From Leptogorgia sarmentosa (lineage: Eukaryota), in contig OZ210885.1 of assembly GCA_964658305.1 (NCBI GenBank), forward strand, positions 19,778,001 through 19,842,000: a stretch of DNA of 64,000 nucleotides, read 5' to 3'. The notes under the pieces are model-generated. The model saw only the letters and a program-made list of their open reading frames with translations. It was not told the origin of the DNA and did no database searches. The position numbers and the translations under genes are program-made. Position 1 is the stretch's first letter, and each line of letters opens with the position of its first letter. Below, piece after piece: positions 50,071 to 63,444 of the stretch.

Positions 50071-50563
50071 AGTCCGCTTTGTACACATATTATTATTATC
50101 CTTAAAGTACAGTCCGACGCACAGTCCGCTTTGTACACGTATTATTATTATCCTTATAGTATCCAGTCTATAATAGTACTTATCAGTGGTACAAAATCTG
50201 AACATCACTGGAATACGGGACATGTCGCGACACTGGGGCGGATCCTGGATTTTCCATACCTCAGTCAAAATATTTTCGACACATTCCCGTGGGGGGGGGG
50301 GGGGGAGGGCAAGTAATCAATGGTTTGTCCATGAGATGAAATTTGATTGTGTTCACTGGGAAAAAATGATCGAATACAGTGTTCAAATCATTGATAAAAG
50401 ATGACGCTAACTCATCCGACGATGGATTGAGTCCGAGTTCAGTGTGAACATCACTGGAATACGGGACATGTCGCATATGTCAAGAGACACAGGGGCGGAT
50501 CCAGGATTTTTCGTAGCTTAGTCAAAATTTTTTCGACACATTCCCATGGGGAGGGGGGGGGGC
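49880..50563 (+). repeat. Local duplication of the LINE/hAT-terminus junction
   Basis: 49880-50002 is similar to 50320-50441, and 50199-50305 to 50445-50563. Confidence 0.8.
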
Positions 50564-53113
50564 AAAAAATAGTGGCAAATGTAATGTGCAAAATTTGGAC
50601 TGGTTGGCAGCCTAGATGTCTATGTTCTAACTCCACATCTATGTTCCAATCAGAAACGCTAGTCAGAATGATGTAATAGATATGGATAAAGAGATCAAAT
50701 TGCAATGACACATCACACCAGGCCACGTGTGATAGAACAACAAATTACTCGGGCAAATAAAGCATAACATATAAAATCATATTATAAATATATTCTAAAT
50801 AACACAACACTCCTACTGTAGTGTTAATACTTGTGTATTTGTATAGTGTATCACTTACTTAATTAGCATTCAGCATGGATAAGAACAAGCGAGTGCAAAA
50901 TTATGCAAATTTAATGCTTGACTACCTAATAGTAATATATCAAGTCACACCAGCTGCTGCAAGCAAGATGCGTAACGTGAAATGTATAAACGCTATTTAG
51001 TATTTACTAACAGGAGCAAGACATAAACTAGCATTATAATAAACAAGTAATACTAATATCTTGACCTTATAGCAGTTCAGAACTTGTCTTTCCCTTCTTG
51101 AGCAGGTTTGGGGATGAACGATTCAGCACTATAGTTTCGCCTGAGGCACATGTTTGGGTTGTTTATATAATCGCGCTCAACAACTCTTTGACCGATGGAC
51201 CTCTTCTCGCTTCAACCTCGCGTTTTAAATCATCATACACATTTTGAGGGTAGACTTAGTCGTTTTGCTGAAACGCCGAGCGTACACTCTCAAAAATATC
51301 AAGACATTGTGAAATACTCGCTGTATTCTCTCCTTTTCGTTCAAGGCTCACAGTATCGAAAAAGCTCTAATACAAGACCAGCTCTCTGAACGTCTGATCG
51401 GTCATGATCGATCAAGAAATTACAACCAATGGGAATGATGATACTCTTTTGAATTAGTCGATTGAGTGGCTTGTATGAGCTCTAACACACCTCCAACATG
51501 CCCCTAGACCGACCAGACCAACCTCTAGATCAATCAAAACCGGGGTCGCCATGGAGAACTACGAAATGGCCAATTGCGCGAATATGACATGTGAGCGATC
51601 AAAACTCATGCGCTAGGCCGCTGTTCACTTATACTGACACAAGATAAAAGATTACATGCGTAAAAATAAACAACTTTTTCAGGGTTGATAACAGCATTGA
51701 ACAACATTGTTCGTTGATAATCATTTGTTAGTTTTGTTTTCGATAGAACACAGTTCAATGTAAATTTGGAAAAGATGGATATGTCTCAGGATTTAAAAAT
51801 TTGAAATGAATACCTGGTCCTGTGAGTTCAAATATACAATGGGCACTCCTGAATTGACCAATGTGTAGTTTTCACTGACAACAGCTTCAAAAACGATGCA
51901 TAGCTCATTTACATTGTCCTGAAGTCCTGCGGATTGGATCGTTTCAAGTGATAAACAGTCGGTAAGGACTTGCTTCTTCAGTGTACCAGGCTTCTCATAC
52001 TTTCCCTATAACAAAATGGAGAATGTCTTCTTTTCCTCTGTTCATATATAAACTACGTATGTAGTTACAAATATAATGTATAATGATATGTTTACTTTAC
52101 TTACTTTTCTAAGACATCCAACTTGATATATATCTTTGTCCTGTAGGCTTTCCTTCATTGGGATATTATTGAGAAAGTGTTGAATCTTTGGTTCTTATGC
52201 CAATCTGATGATATTTTCTGATGCATGCAAGCTAAAAGTGTATTTCAATAATTACGGTATGTTATTATTGTCTCATTTAATAAAAAGTAAAACAGACATT
52301 CAATTTTACAACTCTCTGTAGTCAATTCACTAGTAAGCAACAGCATGTTTCCTGTTGTCATAAATGTTGTTGTTATTAATTAAGTTAAAATTAGATTTAT
52401 TATCTAGAAACCTGTGATCTTCGCCCCATTTTCCACCACTTAGAATAAAACGGAGTTTTCCAATTTTGCAAATTTTGTGCAAATGTCCAAGCTTGATGCG
52501 TGTTTGTTGCTATTTACATTAAGCCCTCTGATCACTGAGTTAAATGCCTCAAACCTTGAGTTGTTAAAAATAGATGTGTCATGTTGTGTTGTGTTATGTA
52601 ATGTTAAGTCAGAACTTTACAAATGATATAAATGTCCAATGACTAATGGTACTGTTACACTGCATGTTCCTAAAAATTACTTACATATAGTATGTGCAAC
52701 ATACCGTTCTGTGCAAAATCCATTCGCTGGTTCAAGATTGATTATTAGCAGTTACTAACTGCTTTGCTGGTTGTGTATGCCTCTTGTCAAACAAGCTTCC
52801 GTATCCAAGGCAGAATATCTATATTGAAGGTTATAAAGGATTCCTTTTAGAATTTTATTGTAGAAAACAAGTTACCCCAAATTACAAGTCTGTAATTTAA
52901 TATATTGAATGACGTTACAAAGATGCATGTTTGAAAACATCAATATAATGATTACAAATACTGTGCAAAGATATAGCAATAAGGGGTCGTTCAGAATGAG
53001 TGCCCGGGGACCGGGCACGGTAAAACAGGATGTTCAGACCGGTTCCCAAAGCCTAGTATAATATTTGGCGGGAAATAGTTTCTTTTGTGCGCGAAAAACC
53101 GTAAAGCATAAAA

Positions 53114-54376
53114 ATGTGCATGCAATGGGTTTTTCTCTCACAATTTTGTGTTTTTTCTGGATTCATATTCTTGTTAAAGTTTTATTATGGATCTGAGAGG
53201 TCACCTGGTGTACAACAAGAATGTTTAAATCAACTGATGATGATGTGCATTGCACATAACAACAATATATTCAGGTTGATTGCAATGAGAAATTCATACG
53301 AAAGGACAGTATGGTCATTTTCAAGGATACAGGGAATTGTAGAGAATGAATACAGGCATTTTAACGATAGAAAATGGCTTGAAAGTTATAGAGTTCCCAA
53401 GACAATCTTCACTCAGCTTTGTACCTTTTTCAACAGTTTATGTGGTAAAACCACGCAAATGCGAAGACCTGTACCTGTACAAGTCATCACTGCAATGGTT
53501 TTAAAAAGACTAGGTAAAGGTTTAGACTATCGAGAGATTGGTGATAAGTTCAGAGTTGGTGCATCAACTGCCAATGAGAAAGTAAACGATGCTATGCTAT
53601 TTCTTATAAAAAATAAACTACACACAATCAGTCGACTTCAAGAGCGTAGGAATTTGGCTGCAATTATTGGTGGCTTTCTAGAGAAATGGAATTTATCACA
53701 ATGTTTGGGTGCTATTGATGGCACACACATTCCAATTAAAGCACCAGAACATTGTCATACTGATTATTTTAATAGAAAGTGCTTTCATTCAATAATAGTG
53801 CACGCTGTGTGTGATAGTGAGTGTCATTTCACTGATGTTTTTGCTGGATGGCCAGGGAGGGCACATGATGCAAGAGTATTCAATGTATTAAAAATTGGTG
53901 GAATGGTAACAAATGGAACGTTGGTACCAGAAGAACAACAATTGTCAAAAATCATTAATGGGAAAGTAATAGAACCATTTCTTATTGGTGACCCAGCCTA
54001 TCCCCTCTCTAAACACCTTATGAAGGACTATCCAGGTTCTAATCTATCACCTGAAAAAGAGTATTTTAACTACAGATTAAACAGGGCACATATCCAAATT
54101 GAAAGAGCTTTCGAAAAACTAAATGGCAGATGGAGATGCCTTTTTAAACAATTAGAGTGCACTCTAGAAAATGCTGCCCACCATGTAATTGCTTCATGCA
54201 TATTACACAATATATGTGAGGAGGGAGATGCTGAATATTTGGAAGAATGGGACATTGTCACTGGTAATGAGTTAGATGGAAATTTCCCATTCCTGAATCA
54301 AGGCGAACAGACAATAGCAGGACAAGAAGCAGAGGAAACACGGCGATTACTCACTGAATATGTTTTACACAATTAG
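53114..54376 (+). CDS. Harbinger DDE transposase (HARBI1-like), open 420-aa frame; start uncertain
   Basis: CLGAIDGTHI, DYFNRKCFHS, GWPGRAHDARVF, IGDPAYPL, IERAF..L.GRWRCL, CILHNIC. Confidence 0.9.
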   Translation: MCMQWVFLSQFCVFSGFIFLLKFYYGSERSPGVQQECLNQLMMMCIAHNNNIFRLIAMRNSYERTVWSFSRIQGIVENEYRHFNDRKWLESYRVPKTIFTQLCTFFNSLCGKTTQMRRPVPVQVITAMVLKRLGKGLDYREIGDKFRVGASTANEKVNDAMLFLIKNKLHTISRLQERRNLAAIIGGFLEKWNLSQCLGAIDGTHIPIKAPEHCHTDYFNRKCFHSIIVHAVCDSECHFTDVFAGWPGRAHDARVFNVLKIGGMVTNGTLVPEEQQLSKIINGKVIEPFLIGDPAYPLSKHLMKDYPGSNLSPEKEYFNYRLNRAHIQIERAFEKLNGRWRCLFKQLECTLENAAHHVIASCILHNICEEGDAEYLEEWDIVTGNELDGNFPFLNQGEQTIAGQEAEETRRLLTEYVLHN

Positions 54377-55144
54377 CAACTGATTTACAGAACAAACCTA
54401 ACTTTGTCAGCATTACTGACATGTAATCAAAAACAACTCTACTACTTAATAAAAACTGTTTTACAATTTAAAACTGTTTTGATAACAATCAACTGTAATC
54501 ATGACCTTGAATAAAGATAACATTTCCATGGTGTACATGAAGGTAAAGAAACATCATAACAACAACATTGTACATATACTTGTTCATAAAATACAGTCTT
54601 TGAGATTGTATGCACTTAATTCAATCTAAACAACTTTAAGATACTATAACAAAATAGCTAGTATAAAAGTTTTTACTAGTGGGTACAGTAATTGCTAATT
54701 TAGTTGTTATTTTTTTCTGAACATGCAACTGTATCATGTGAAGCTCCAAGTGTTTCACTATGATTTATCCCAAAGAATGCAGGTGGTTGAAATGGTTGTT
54801 GTGAATGTGGGAAATACTGATGAGGATTATTTTGATGCATTTGGGATATCCCAATCATGGTTTGAGATAACATACTGAACATCTGACCAAATAATTCTCT
54901 GTCTTCCTTCCTTTCTTGCAATCAAATTGGTTATGTTTCCCATCTGTTCATTTGACTTTTCGATTACATCAAAGACGTGCTTTCTTGCTGCGAGATGCTT
55001 TTACAATTTTTTTCTCTCGTTTTTGTGGGTTACTAGCACTGGCAGATTCCTCGTTCTCTGACATATCTAATGCTGCATCAACATCATCACACTGCTCTAT
55101 TTGCTGTGTTCCACTTTCAAACAACTGTTCTTCAGGAGGATTAT

Positions 55145-56397
55145 CCACCCTTTACGCGATCTGTCGACGGGGGGTAACACGTGTGCGCGCGCAAAAAATT
55201 TCGGACAAACAAATCAGCGAGGTATAGATTTATATAGTACTTGTCCGAATTCTTGATGGTTAAAAGGTGCGCTTGGGGCACTTTTGTAAAGGCGATACTC
55301 GCTATCCTGAAAGATTGAAAACAGAAGATGGCAAAATAATAAAATTCCATAGTTTTCCATCCGCAAAAACGTTTAAAGAACGAAGGGAAATATGGATTCG
55401 GGCATGCTGTCGTGGTGATGTTTTCGAATGTAAGAAGGACAGCTATATTTGTATAGTCTTCACTTTCTCGGCCAACAAGGACCAGGGAAGGAGAATCCAA
55501 ACCCGTTCAAGTTCCAGCAAAGCAAATAAAGAAAAGGTAGCTATATTGTCATGTAAATAAACGATATTTGAAATTCGACCGTTCGAAAATTGAATGCCTG
55601 TTTAAACACTGTATTTACTATAGATTGTGAGATTGAGCAGAAAGAGAAAATCGCCATCCAAACGAAGCAAACAAACACGCAAACGAATCCGCGAAACAAA
55701 TTAAAATTCAGCTGCAGATGCGCTTTGGATGTTAATGAGTTGCCCTGCTGAAACGGTGTCAAATGAAGAAGGCTATTTTGAATCAGAGCCTGCCTGTTCT
55801 ACTGAGAATTGTTCTACAACAGCTCTACAACATGTTAGCAAGAAAACTCAGGTTAAAACATATTTGTATTCACTGTCAGTGACTGGTGAATTGCGTGTAT
55901 AATTATTTGTTGTTGTGTGCCTTAAATAGACAGCCATTGAGATGTGTCATCCGAGTCCTTACCCAGATTTGTTGCTGTCAAATAAGGGGAATATGAGAAG
56001 GTCTTCGTTTGTAGAAACTGTTATGGATCCTAACCACGGGCCAAACAGAAACATGTTTATTTTACCGCATGCAACAATCCCCTTCCTCCGTAACCTATAC
56101 AAGACTGCTACCGCATGAAATATACGGCAACAATGTGGTTCCTACTACCTATACCAAAAATATATAATAACGACTAGGAGTACTCATGATTTGGAAATAA
56201 AATATTATTAACCTTTTTCTTACCGACGCTATTGTAGTTGTTTGAATTTTACGTGTTTTACCCTGTGAAATAAATTTATTAACCAGCGCACTCCCTCTTA
56301 TCAATATAATTTTACATTATATGACCCGCTTGTTTGTCCGAAATTTTTTTTGCGCGCACACGTGTTACCCCCCGTCGACAGATCGCGTAAAGGGTGG
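55145..56397 (+). mobile_element. ISL2EU-like element, internally deleted, with THAP remnant
   Basis: AT TSD; ~65-bp TIR CCACCCTTTACGCGATCTGTCGACGGGGGGTAACACGTG; MVKRCAWG/CKGDTRYPERL...FHSFP...WIRAC...YIC THAP-like remnant at 55256-55470. Confidence 0.82.
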
Positions 56398-56741
56398 ATT
56401 CACTGGTCGAGGACCTGTTATTAATTATAAACAAAAGAACTTTTTTGGTCATTGGTGCATAAAATGCTTTGTCTGTTGAAAAGAAATTAATTTAATATTT
56501 AGTGATCATCAACAATGGAAACATTGTCAATGAATTACGACATGTGAAAACCAAGCTTTGTGCCATTTCTGAGAATTTGACTTTAAAATGTTTACTCTGA
56601 ATTTGTGTTTTATTAACTACTATTAATTAAATGATCTATACAAACTGTGCCAAACTTTGCACAATACATCACAAACTCTAGATTGGTTGTGACATTTTCG
56701 AACTTTACTGAACTTTCAAATTGATCGACCCAACCTTTTCT

Positions 56742-56950
56742 GGGAAGAAATTATTTCGCTAACACCTCAGAATGATATTTCGTCAAAAATTCTTTCTTCA
56801 ATATTGGTTTAGAAACAAACTTGGAGTAGGGTTAGGTAAAGGTTAGGTCAAGGATTTGGATTAGGGTTTACATAGGGTTAGAATTTGTGTTTGGAATAGG
56901 GTTAGTTAGTTACGTTTTGTCACTCCGAGGCCAGCGAAATAACCTTTCCC
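56742..56950. mobile_element. Small MITE with GGTTAGG repeats in the Harbinger intron
   Basis: GGGAAGAAATTATTTCGCT ... AGCGAAATAACCTTTCCC inverted ends; several GGGTTAG motifs. Confidence 0.5.
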
Positions 56951-59765
56951 TTTTCTGTCCTAAAGTTATCATGCAAACATGTATAGAAAATGAGCAGCAT
57001 TTGGCATTAAATTTATTTAAGTTTTATTTGAACAATTATTCATCAATATTTACCTAGAATCCTATCCAATTGATCCCAAACTTTTAAAGCAGTTTTTTCT
57101 ACACTTGATAGAGCACTCGAAAAGTACGGCCTCTCAGATCGAGACTGTTTCATACGATCTTTTAACTTGCTGTAACCACTTCTCAATTTCTTAATTTTCA
57201 TTTCTATTTGGGACGTTGTTCTGTCGATATTTGAGTGCTCTTTTAGTATCCTGCTAATTTCATCGTAAACAACCTTGTTAGTTGCCATTCCATCGATAGC
57301 TTCTTCAATTATTTGTTCTCCATACGCATCCAATAATGATTTTGTTTCTGCTTCTGTCCATCTGCTCCCTGAACAAGCCGCCATGTTGTTCATGTTGGGC
57401 ACGGTGCCGTTGTTGGGTACTACCCCTTGAGGTAGTGCCCGTTTTCGGGCACCATGCCCGAATTCTTTTGCGAGTACCGCGATCACACTGGTGCTCAAAC
57501 AAGTGCCGTACCCAGGCACTAGTGCCGGGCACTCAGTCTGAACGACCCCTAATATAATACCTCGCTGAGCAACTCCCAAACCAGCAGGACATCCTCTGAA
57601 ACAATGCCTTGCAGTATGAAAACTGCAAGTTGGATCCACAGTTTGAAGTCTCTTCCAACATAGGATCCACAGTTTCTGGTAATGTTTCCTCGTATCGTAG
57701 CCGGAAATGCAGCCATGTCAGTTGATAATATCTTAGCGTGTACCTGATCCTTCTTTTGCTGTGATAGGGACTGGATAGTTGCAGACAGCAAGTATTTCAC
57801 AGGTCCAAGAAGTATGGTATGTAAGATTTCAACTGGTGTTTTACTATAATGTGATATAAAAATAGAAATTAGATATTAAAAAACTATCAGTTAATAAGTT
57901 TCATTTAGTGTCCGTTCTTATAGCTCTTGTCTAACAGTTGGATATTACTACATTTTTTTCCCTTACTGTTGCCCACTGAAACATGATAGCTCATCGAATG
58001 CACCACCTTTCTCCGTTATACCATACTCTTTTTGCAGTTCTTTCTTTCGTTGTTCAAAACTAATATGGTGAATAGTAGCCTTTAGTGTAATTCATTGTTA
58101 ACATCCAAGTCATTCACATTGAAATGTAAGAACATGAAGCGGTACCTCAGTACGCACAACTCTAACTTACTTGCATTCTTCAATCTCCCGAAGTTTTTCC
58201 CTGACAAAGTCATCTTCTCATTTCCATGATCACATGTTGCCTGGGAGAATAACGTTGTACGATACGTAATTTAGTTTTAAATGAATCTCATTACTAGTTA
58301 TAGCCTTGGTGGAATACCGTGTGTAACTTATAACAATACAGTAATTCCATATTCAGACCATGTCTGCCCACTCGCGTTACACCCAAGTGATGTTCGAATT
58401 CCGATGCTCGTGGGTTGTCTGCTAGTACACTCAATACCGGGCACCTAACCAAAACAGTTTTGTCAATGCTGGCATCGTAGATCATCTTTCCATCTTCAAA
58501 TCCTGCAATGTACATGTTTTGAAGGTAGTTATTACAATTTTATTGTCAGGATGTTATTGGTCTTATTTAGGTTTAAGTTCTTTTCTGCCATTGTCATTCA
58601 CCAATCATATCCATGGCTTCAAGTCTGCCTGCACATTACAGTAGCACAACAATTAATTTCTATTATTTATGCACCTTTAAGGTCTCCAGCGATGGATTTT
58701 CCTAGTGGAACGGACGGTACAACATTTGCTGCGGCAAGAGAAAATGAATGTTCTCGACTTTTCTGATTTCTTTTCGTGGTAGGCCTGCTAAACTCATGGA
58801 GAAATTTTCCAAGCGATTCCACTTTTTCGTCGTGTTTCCACTGGTTTCGTCACTGAATACAAGGAAAGGAACTGTAATGCTTGGTTTACCTTAACCCAGT
58901 ACCTTCGCCCCATGATCCTTCAGTAGTTGCCTGCGTTCCTGTGAATAAACATTTCTGAAGATCTTTGTAAGTTCATGATGATAATGGTGGACACCTTATA
59001 TGTCAAATCTGCTCTGAAATTTCCAAAACTTGTCCATTTTCGTATCTGTGTTGTACTTGGCAGGGTAAAATATTGATCCTCTCTATGATACTGGATACTG
59101 GTATACAATCTGTCTCATCTGGGCAAATACAATATCGGTTGTATCCTTCTTTATTCAAGTACTGAATCTCGGCCATGACTGCTGTGTCGTTATTACCTTG
59201 TACCTGAAAACACCATCACTTGGTTGCAATCGAGCTCACAGTATCAAATAGAGTGATACGCGCAACAAAATCGCTGCCCGGTAGCATACGAAAGTAATGG
59301 AATTCAAATGAATGTTATTTAAATTATTCACAAAAATGTATCAAAAAGTTGGTGAATAAATTTTTGCACTTTTATTGTGGTCTGGAAATACTGTACCTTA
59401 GCATAAAATTTGGAAATTTTTCCTGTGTATATACGTCCGTTGGAGGAAAAATTTCGTTGACGATTTCGTTGAGGAAGTATGTCATTCCTGTCACTTTGAA
59501 AGTCATCGTTTTGAAGCCATTTTTTGCCCTGTAATAAGTTATAAATGGAGTAAAAATTTTACACCTAAATATTATGTATTTAATTGTGACAATCGTCAAG
59601 GGATAAAATGAGAACTGGGATTTGCTTATTTTTGGCTGGGAAAATGGAAGAAAAGGAGATCTGACCTGGTTCATTTCAGCGAATATTGCAATTGCAACAT
59701 TTTGAGACTTGACAGAAATATTCTTGATAATATATGAATACATGTTTGCCATTCTAATTATGGTC

Positions 59766-61058
59766 AACAGGTGGGAAAATTGACTGAGCATGCGCGGGAA
59801 ATCCCCACGAGACGTGCGTGTATTTTGCGGGAAGAAGAAATGTACATTTCACGAACAATCAAAACAAATCTTGTGTCGATTCTGAATTGCATACTTCTAC
59901 CTACTGTTTACAGTCACAAGTTAATCTGCAATAATTAGAATTTTCTGTGCAATGTTCGTATCCTAACGAGGATGACAATATTTATGTCGTAAAGGTTTAA
60001 ATATCAGCGACAGAGCACAAATCACGGCGGAGCAAAATAACTTGTGATGAGGCGTGAGATTTCACTTCTACCGAAGGCTAAAATACAAACCCCGGGCCTG
60101 TTCAAGGCCCTATTTTGATGCTTACAAGTAAAGTATCACAAAAAAATACATGAAGTGGAGAGTATTTTTGAAAAGTTTCATCGTGAGGCCACCGCCAGTT
60201 TTTGAAATATCTTCATTTCATTGCCGGTTATCATTATAATTACACTGAAGCCTGACTTGAATAAACACAAAATTTTGAATCTCATCAAATACAAAAATAT
60301 TTCATTTCTAACCAAATTATGCTCACGAAATCTAAATTAAAAGCTATATTTTTAAACTAGACCTTTCTCGAAGCAGATTTGATGATGTAAACTAACTTTT
60401 GGGTCTTTGATTCTTGGCCAGAATTTGACCACAACATGCGTGAAGCAAGTGGGTCTCAAACACTTAACTAAAGCATCATGAGGCCCTATTTTCCTGTTGA
60501 TAGGTTTGGTACCACTAAACGCCAAAGAAGTGTTTCTTTTCATTTAGCTATATTTGAAATTGAGGCCACCGGCGATTTTTACAAAAATACAGTTCAAAGT
60601 CAAGCTATTTTCACAAATTTTCAAAATTCGTCAAATTTCGCGAGCTAGTACTTCGAGTATAAATCGCACAAGTTACACTAACAAACAAATTATGGGAAAT
60701 TTGAGAAATAAAAAGAATAATTTCAACTTTCATTTCATTCTCATATCACGTTTTCCTCGTTGATTACGGTTTCAAACAAGCCACATCTCGACATTTACGG
60801 TATTTGCCACTCAATTGCTCCTATTTTAACGTCGCCATATTTACTTCTTCCACACTCTCGATTGCAAAAAAAACCACCGCAAAACAAGGAATTCATGATC
60901 AGTTTTAAAAGATTAAGCACTAAGTTAGACATCATTTGAATAAAAAGCAAAAATTCGTCAGCTGAAACAGTCGTTTGCTAACTTTCTGCCATGTTTTGGA
61001 ATGTTAACACAATGTGCCCGCGATTTTTTGGTCAGCGCCGACAAATTTCCCATCTGTT
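59766..61058. mobile_element. Non-autonomous element with 9-bp TSD (MULE-like), long copy
   Basis: TIR AACAG(G/A)TGGGAAA; TSD ATTATGGTC (59757-59765, 61059-61067). Confidence 0.9.
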
Positions 61059-62179
61059 ATTATGGTCTGTATACATGTGAGCGTGGCAAAGATGTCTATA
61101 AAGTTGGCTGTTTTTTTCCAAGGGAGAGAGAAAGAGAGAGAGGCTTTTTTGGGGGGATGAAACAGTCTTAAATCGTGTCGAGATCAATTGAAGAGACGAA
61201 GAGAAAACTGAGTCGCTAAATCCTGGACTTCGACTGTTGTTAATTTAAGCTATATTTTACAACATTGATTCTGGACACAAAATGACGATTGGTTAATCAA
61301 AACAAATCAGAAAGTGTATTTTTTTCCAGAAAAAGGGCGCATTTTCATATTGAATATCGACTTGCTGACAACAACCTGTTCTTGATTGTCAACAGCATTG
61401 AACAATATTGTTCGCAACAGCCTGGAACAATATTGTTTGCCATAGCATTCAATTTGGTTTGCAATAGTGATAAATTCCAATAAAATTCATGATAGAAGGA
61501 TGTGCTGAATAAGTTACGAACATATATGTGATACCTTAGGTTTTGAAACATTATGTGCGTAACTGTACAGTAGAAAAAATATCTCGGATGGGAATGGGAA
61601 GTAACCCCTTGACATCTCTTCAGACGCGTCTTCGTCGGCACAGGAAACATCGCTTGATTCACTGAAATTGTCACCATCGGACTGGTCATTTTCGTCTGGG
61701 GATGCCCTCAAGTATTCATCTTCAAGCTCTGCAGTGTACACTGTATGCAGTCCAAATCTTTCGGCGGCGTCTGACACAAGTTTAACCAGAGCCTGCTCCT
61801 CTGGAACCAGCTCGATATTGTGTTCTGCGCTTGTTATTTCTTTGCCAAGATGACCTCTTGACAAGACATGGGTAGAATACCATCCCACGTTTTGAAACTT
61901 AAATTGCATAAATCGCAGTGATGTCGACAAGCTCTTTTTTTCATTTTTTTTTTAACACCAAGCCACGGGCCCACGACCAAGCTAGTCTTATTTCAAGTTA
62001 CCCACTTATAGACAATAATTGTGGATTTCCCCATCGACGATTTTGATTGGTCGTTAGTCAACTGTGTTTACAAATGCTTCGCTCTCATTGGTTAACATGT
62101 TTCCCTAACACTTTCATACTTTTTATGTATTTTTTTTGCTTGGGGCTTTTTTGAAAGTACAGACGAAGTTTTTTTGAAA

Positions 62180-63078
62180 ATGTCGAGTGGACGAACTGTT
62201 TGGGCTAACAAACCTGTAAGTATTTTTTCTAAAGTATTTTTGTTTTGTTGAATGTCTTTGTTGTGTTACATTATAGATATATTTTTTAATGCAGAAATAC
62301 CTGTACGGTCAGTACGGACGTCTTAAATGATGTTTTTGTCCTCGAGGCTTTAAACAGCCCACGGCCGAGGCAAAGGTCTGTTCATAGACGACTGGAATTA
62401 CCTCCCAACCCTTTCGAAGGTAAAGTTTTTTTTACATGTTTTTACCAAAAATATTTTACGCCAGCACCAATCAGTCCGTCGTACTCAGTATTTCAGTTTA
62501 CATACGTACGGCGGGTTTTTCTCAACACGAAATAAAAATTACACAAAATGGTTTGCAATATTTATTAAATTATGCAAAAAAAAATTGATAAAAATGGACA
62601 AGATGTTCCAATAGCACAAGGAAATTAAAACTATTACATGATATTTCAGACAAATATGAGGCTAATAACGAGACGAATGCTGACTTGTTGAAAGAAGTTC
62701 GTGAGTTGAAAAACCGTTTGAGCGAGGTGAACAAGAGGCAAATAGATATGGAGAAAACATTGATGAAAATAAATAAAAAGCTGGACATGAAACAGTTTGA
62801 CTTAGCCAAGTCAACACATGCTGTAAGTACACTTCATATCATAATAATTCAGAACAATTATTAAATAAACATTTAATGCAATGTCACATATTGTCAAATA
62901 AACACAATTTGTTGTAACACATTCTGACTAATAGCTAAATCATTATATGTCCACCTAGGACCAACTTCGCCAAGAGTTCTCCAGTCCACCATATGGACTT
63001 TCTGTGGATGAGCTTCTTGCCAAGGCAGAAGCATTCGAAAAGGCCAAATTTACCTACTGGCGAGCTGAGGAAAGGAGG
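62180..63078 (+). pseudogene. Spliced accessory gene of the CACTA-like element (coiled-coil protein), divergent from the transposase
   Basis: Candidate exons 62180-62215, 62295-62419, 62650-62822, 62959-63078 bounded by AG/GT; exons 2-4 join in phase without stops (NADLLKEVRELKNRLSEVNKRQIDMEKTL...AKFTYWRAEERR); exon 1-2 phase conflicts. Confidence 0.55.
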
Positions 63079-63444
63079 GTGAGCAGACATTTACCAGACA
63101 TTATTTCTACTTTCCAAATTATAATTAATATATTGTTTTTTACACCTTGCTTGCTGTTGATTTTTCCAGATCCTGGCAATAGGAACGTGGGCTGTTGTTG
63201 AACACTAATGCTGTATTTAATGATTTTTAAATGAGATACTTTCATTTTTCCACGATCGTACTACCCTCGCTTAAAATTCAAGTGGCAGGATGGCCGTTGG
63301 CACAGAATAACGACTTATTCTGTGGCCGTTGCGCGGAATATATAGCGATTCCATTGGTTGACACGACTGAATACTAATATCCAGTGACCTTTGTAATGAT
63401 ATTACCCATTTATCCATAAATTACCGTTTTAGTCCTTAACATTT

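Larger units (their letters stand above)
54700..57384 (-). pseudogene. Harbinger Myb/SANT (trihelix) DNA-binding gene, two exons, disrupted
   Basis: Exon 1 (57384-57054) MAACSGSRWTEAETKSLL...RTTSQIEMKIKKLRSGY...WDQLDRILG|gt; exon 2 from 56414 PRPVN[insertion]NPPEEQLFES. Confidence 0.85.
52983..57549 (+). mobile_element. PIF/Harbinger transposon, full length
   Basis: TAA TSD (52980-52982, 57550-57552); TIR GGGGTCGTTCAGA(A/C)TGAGTGCCCGG; convergent transposase and Myb/SANT genes. Confidence 0.93.
51815..61900 (-). pseudogene. Multi-exon CACTA/Plavaka-like DDE transposase (decayed, interrupted)
   Basis: Exon motifs GYFPFPSEIFFLL (~61570-61610); VPFLVFSDETSGNTTKKWN...LAGLP...ENIHFL (~58740-58880); LSVLADNPRASE (~58400); TPVEILHTILLGPVKY...GSYVGRDFK (57560-57840); GFCTER|FEAFNSVIR split by an intron (~52705|52555). 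Confidence 0.82.

Noticed and set aside
53114..54376. Host HARBI1 gene
   Set aside because: Lies within TIRs with a TAA TSD and a convergent Myb/SANT partner
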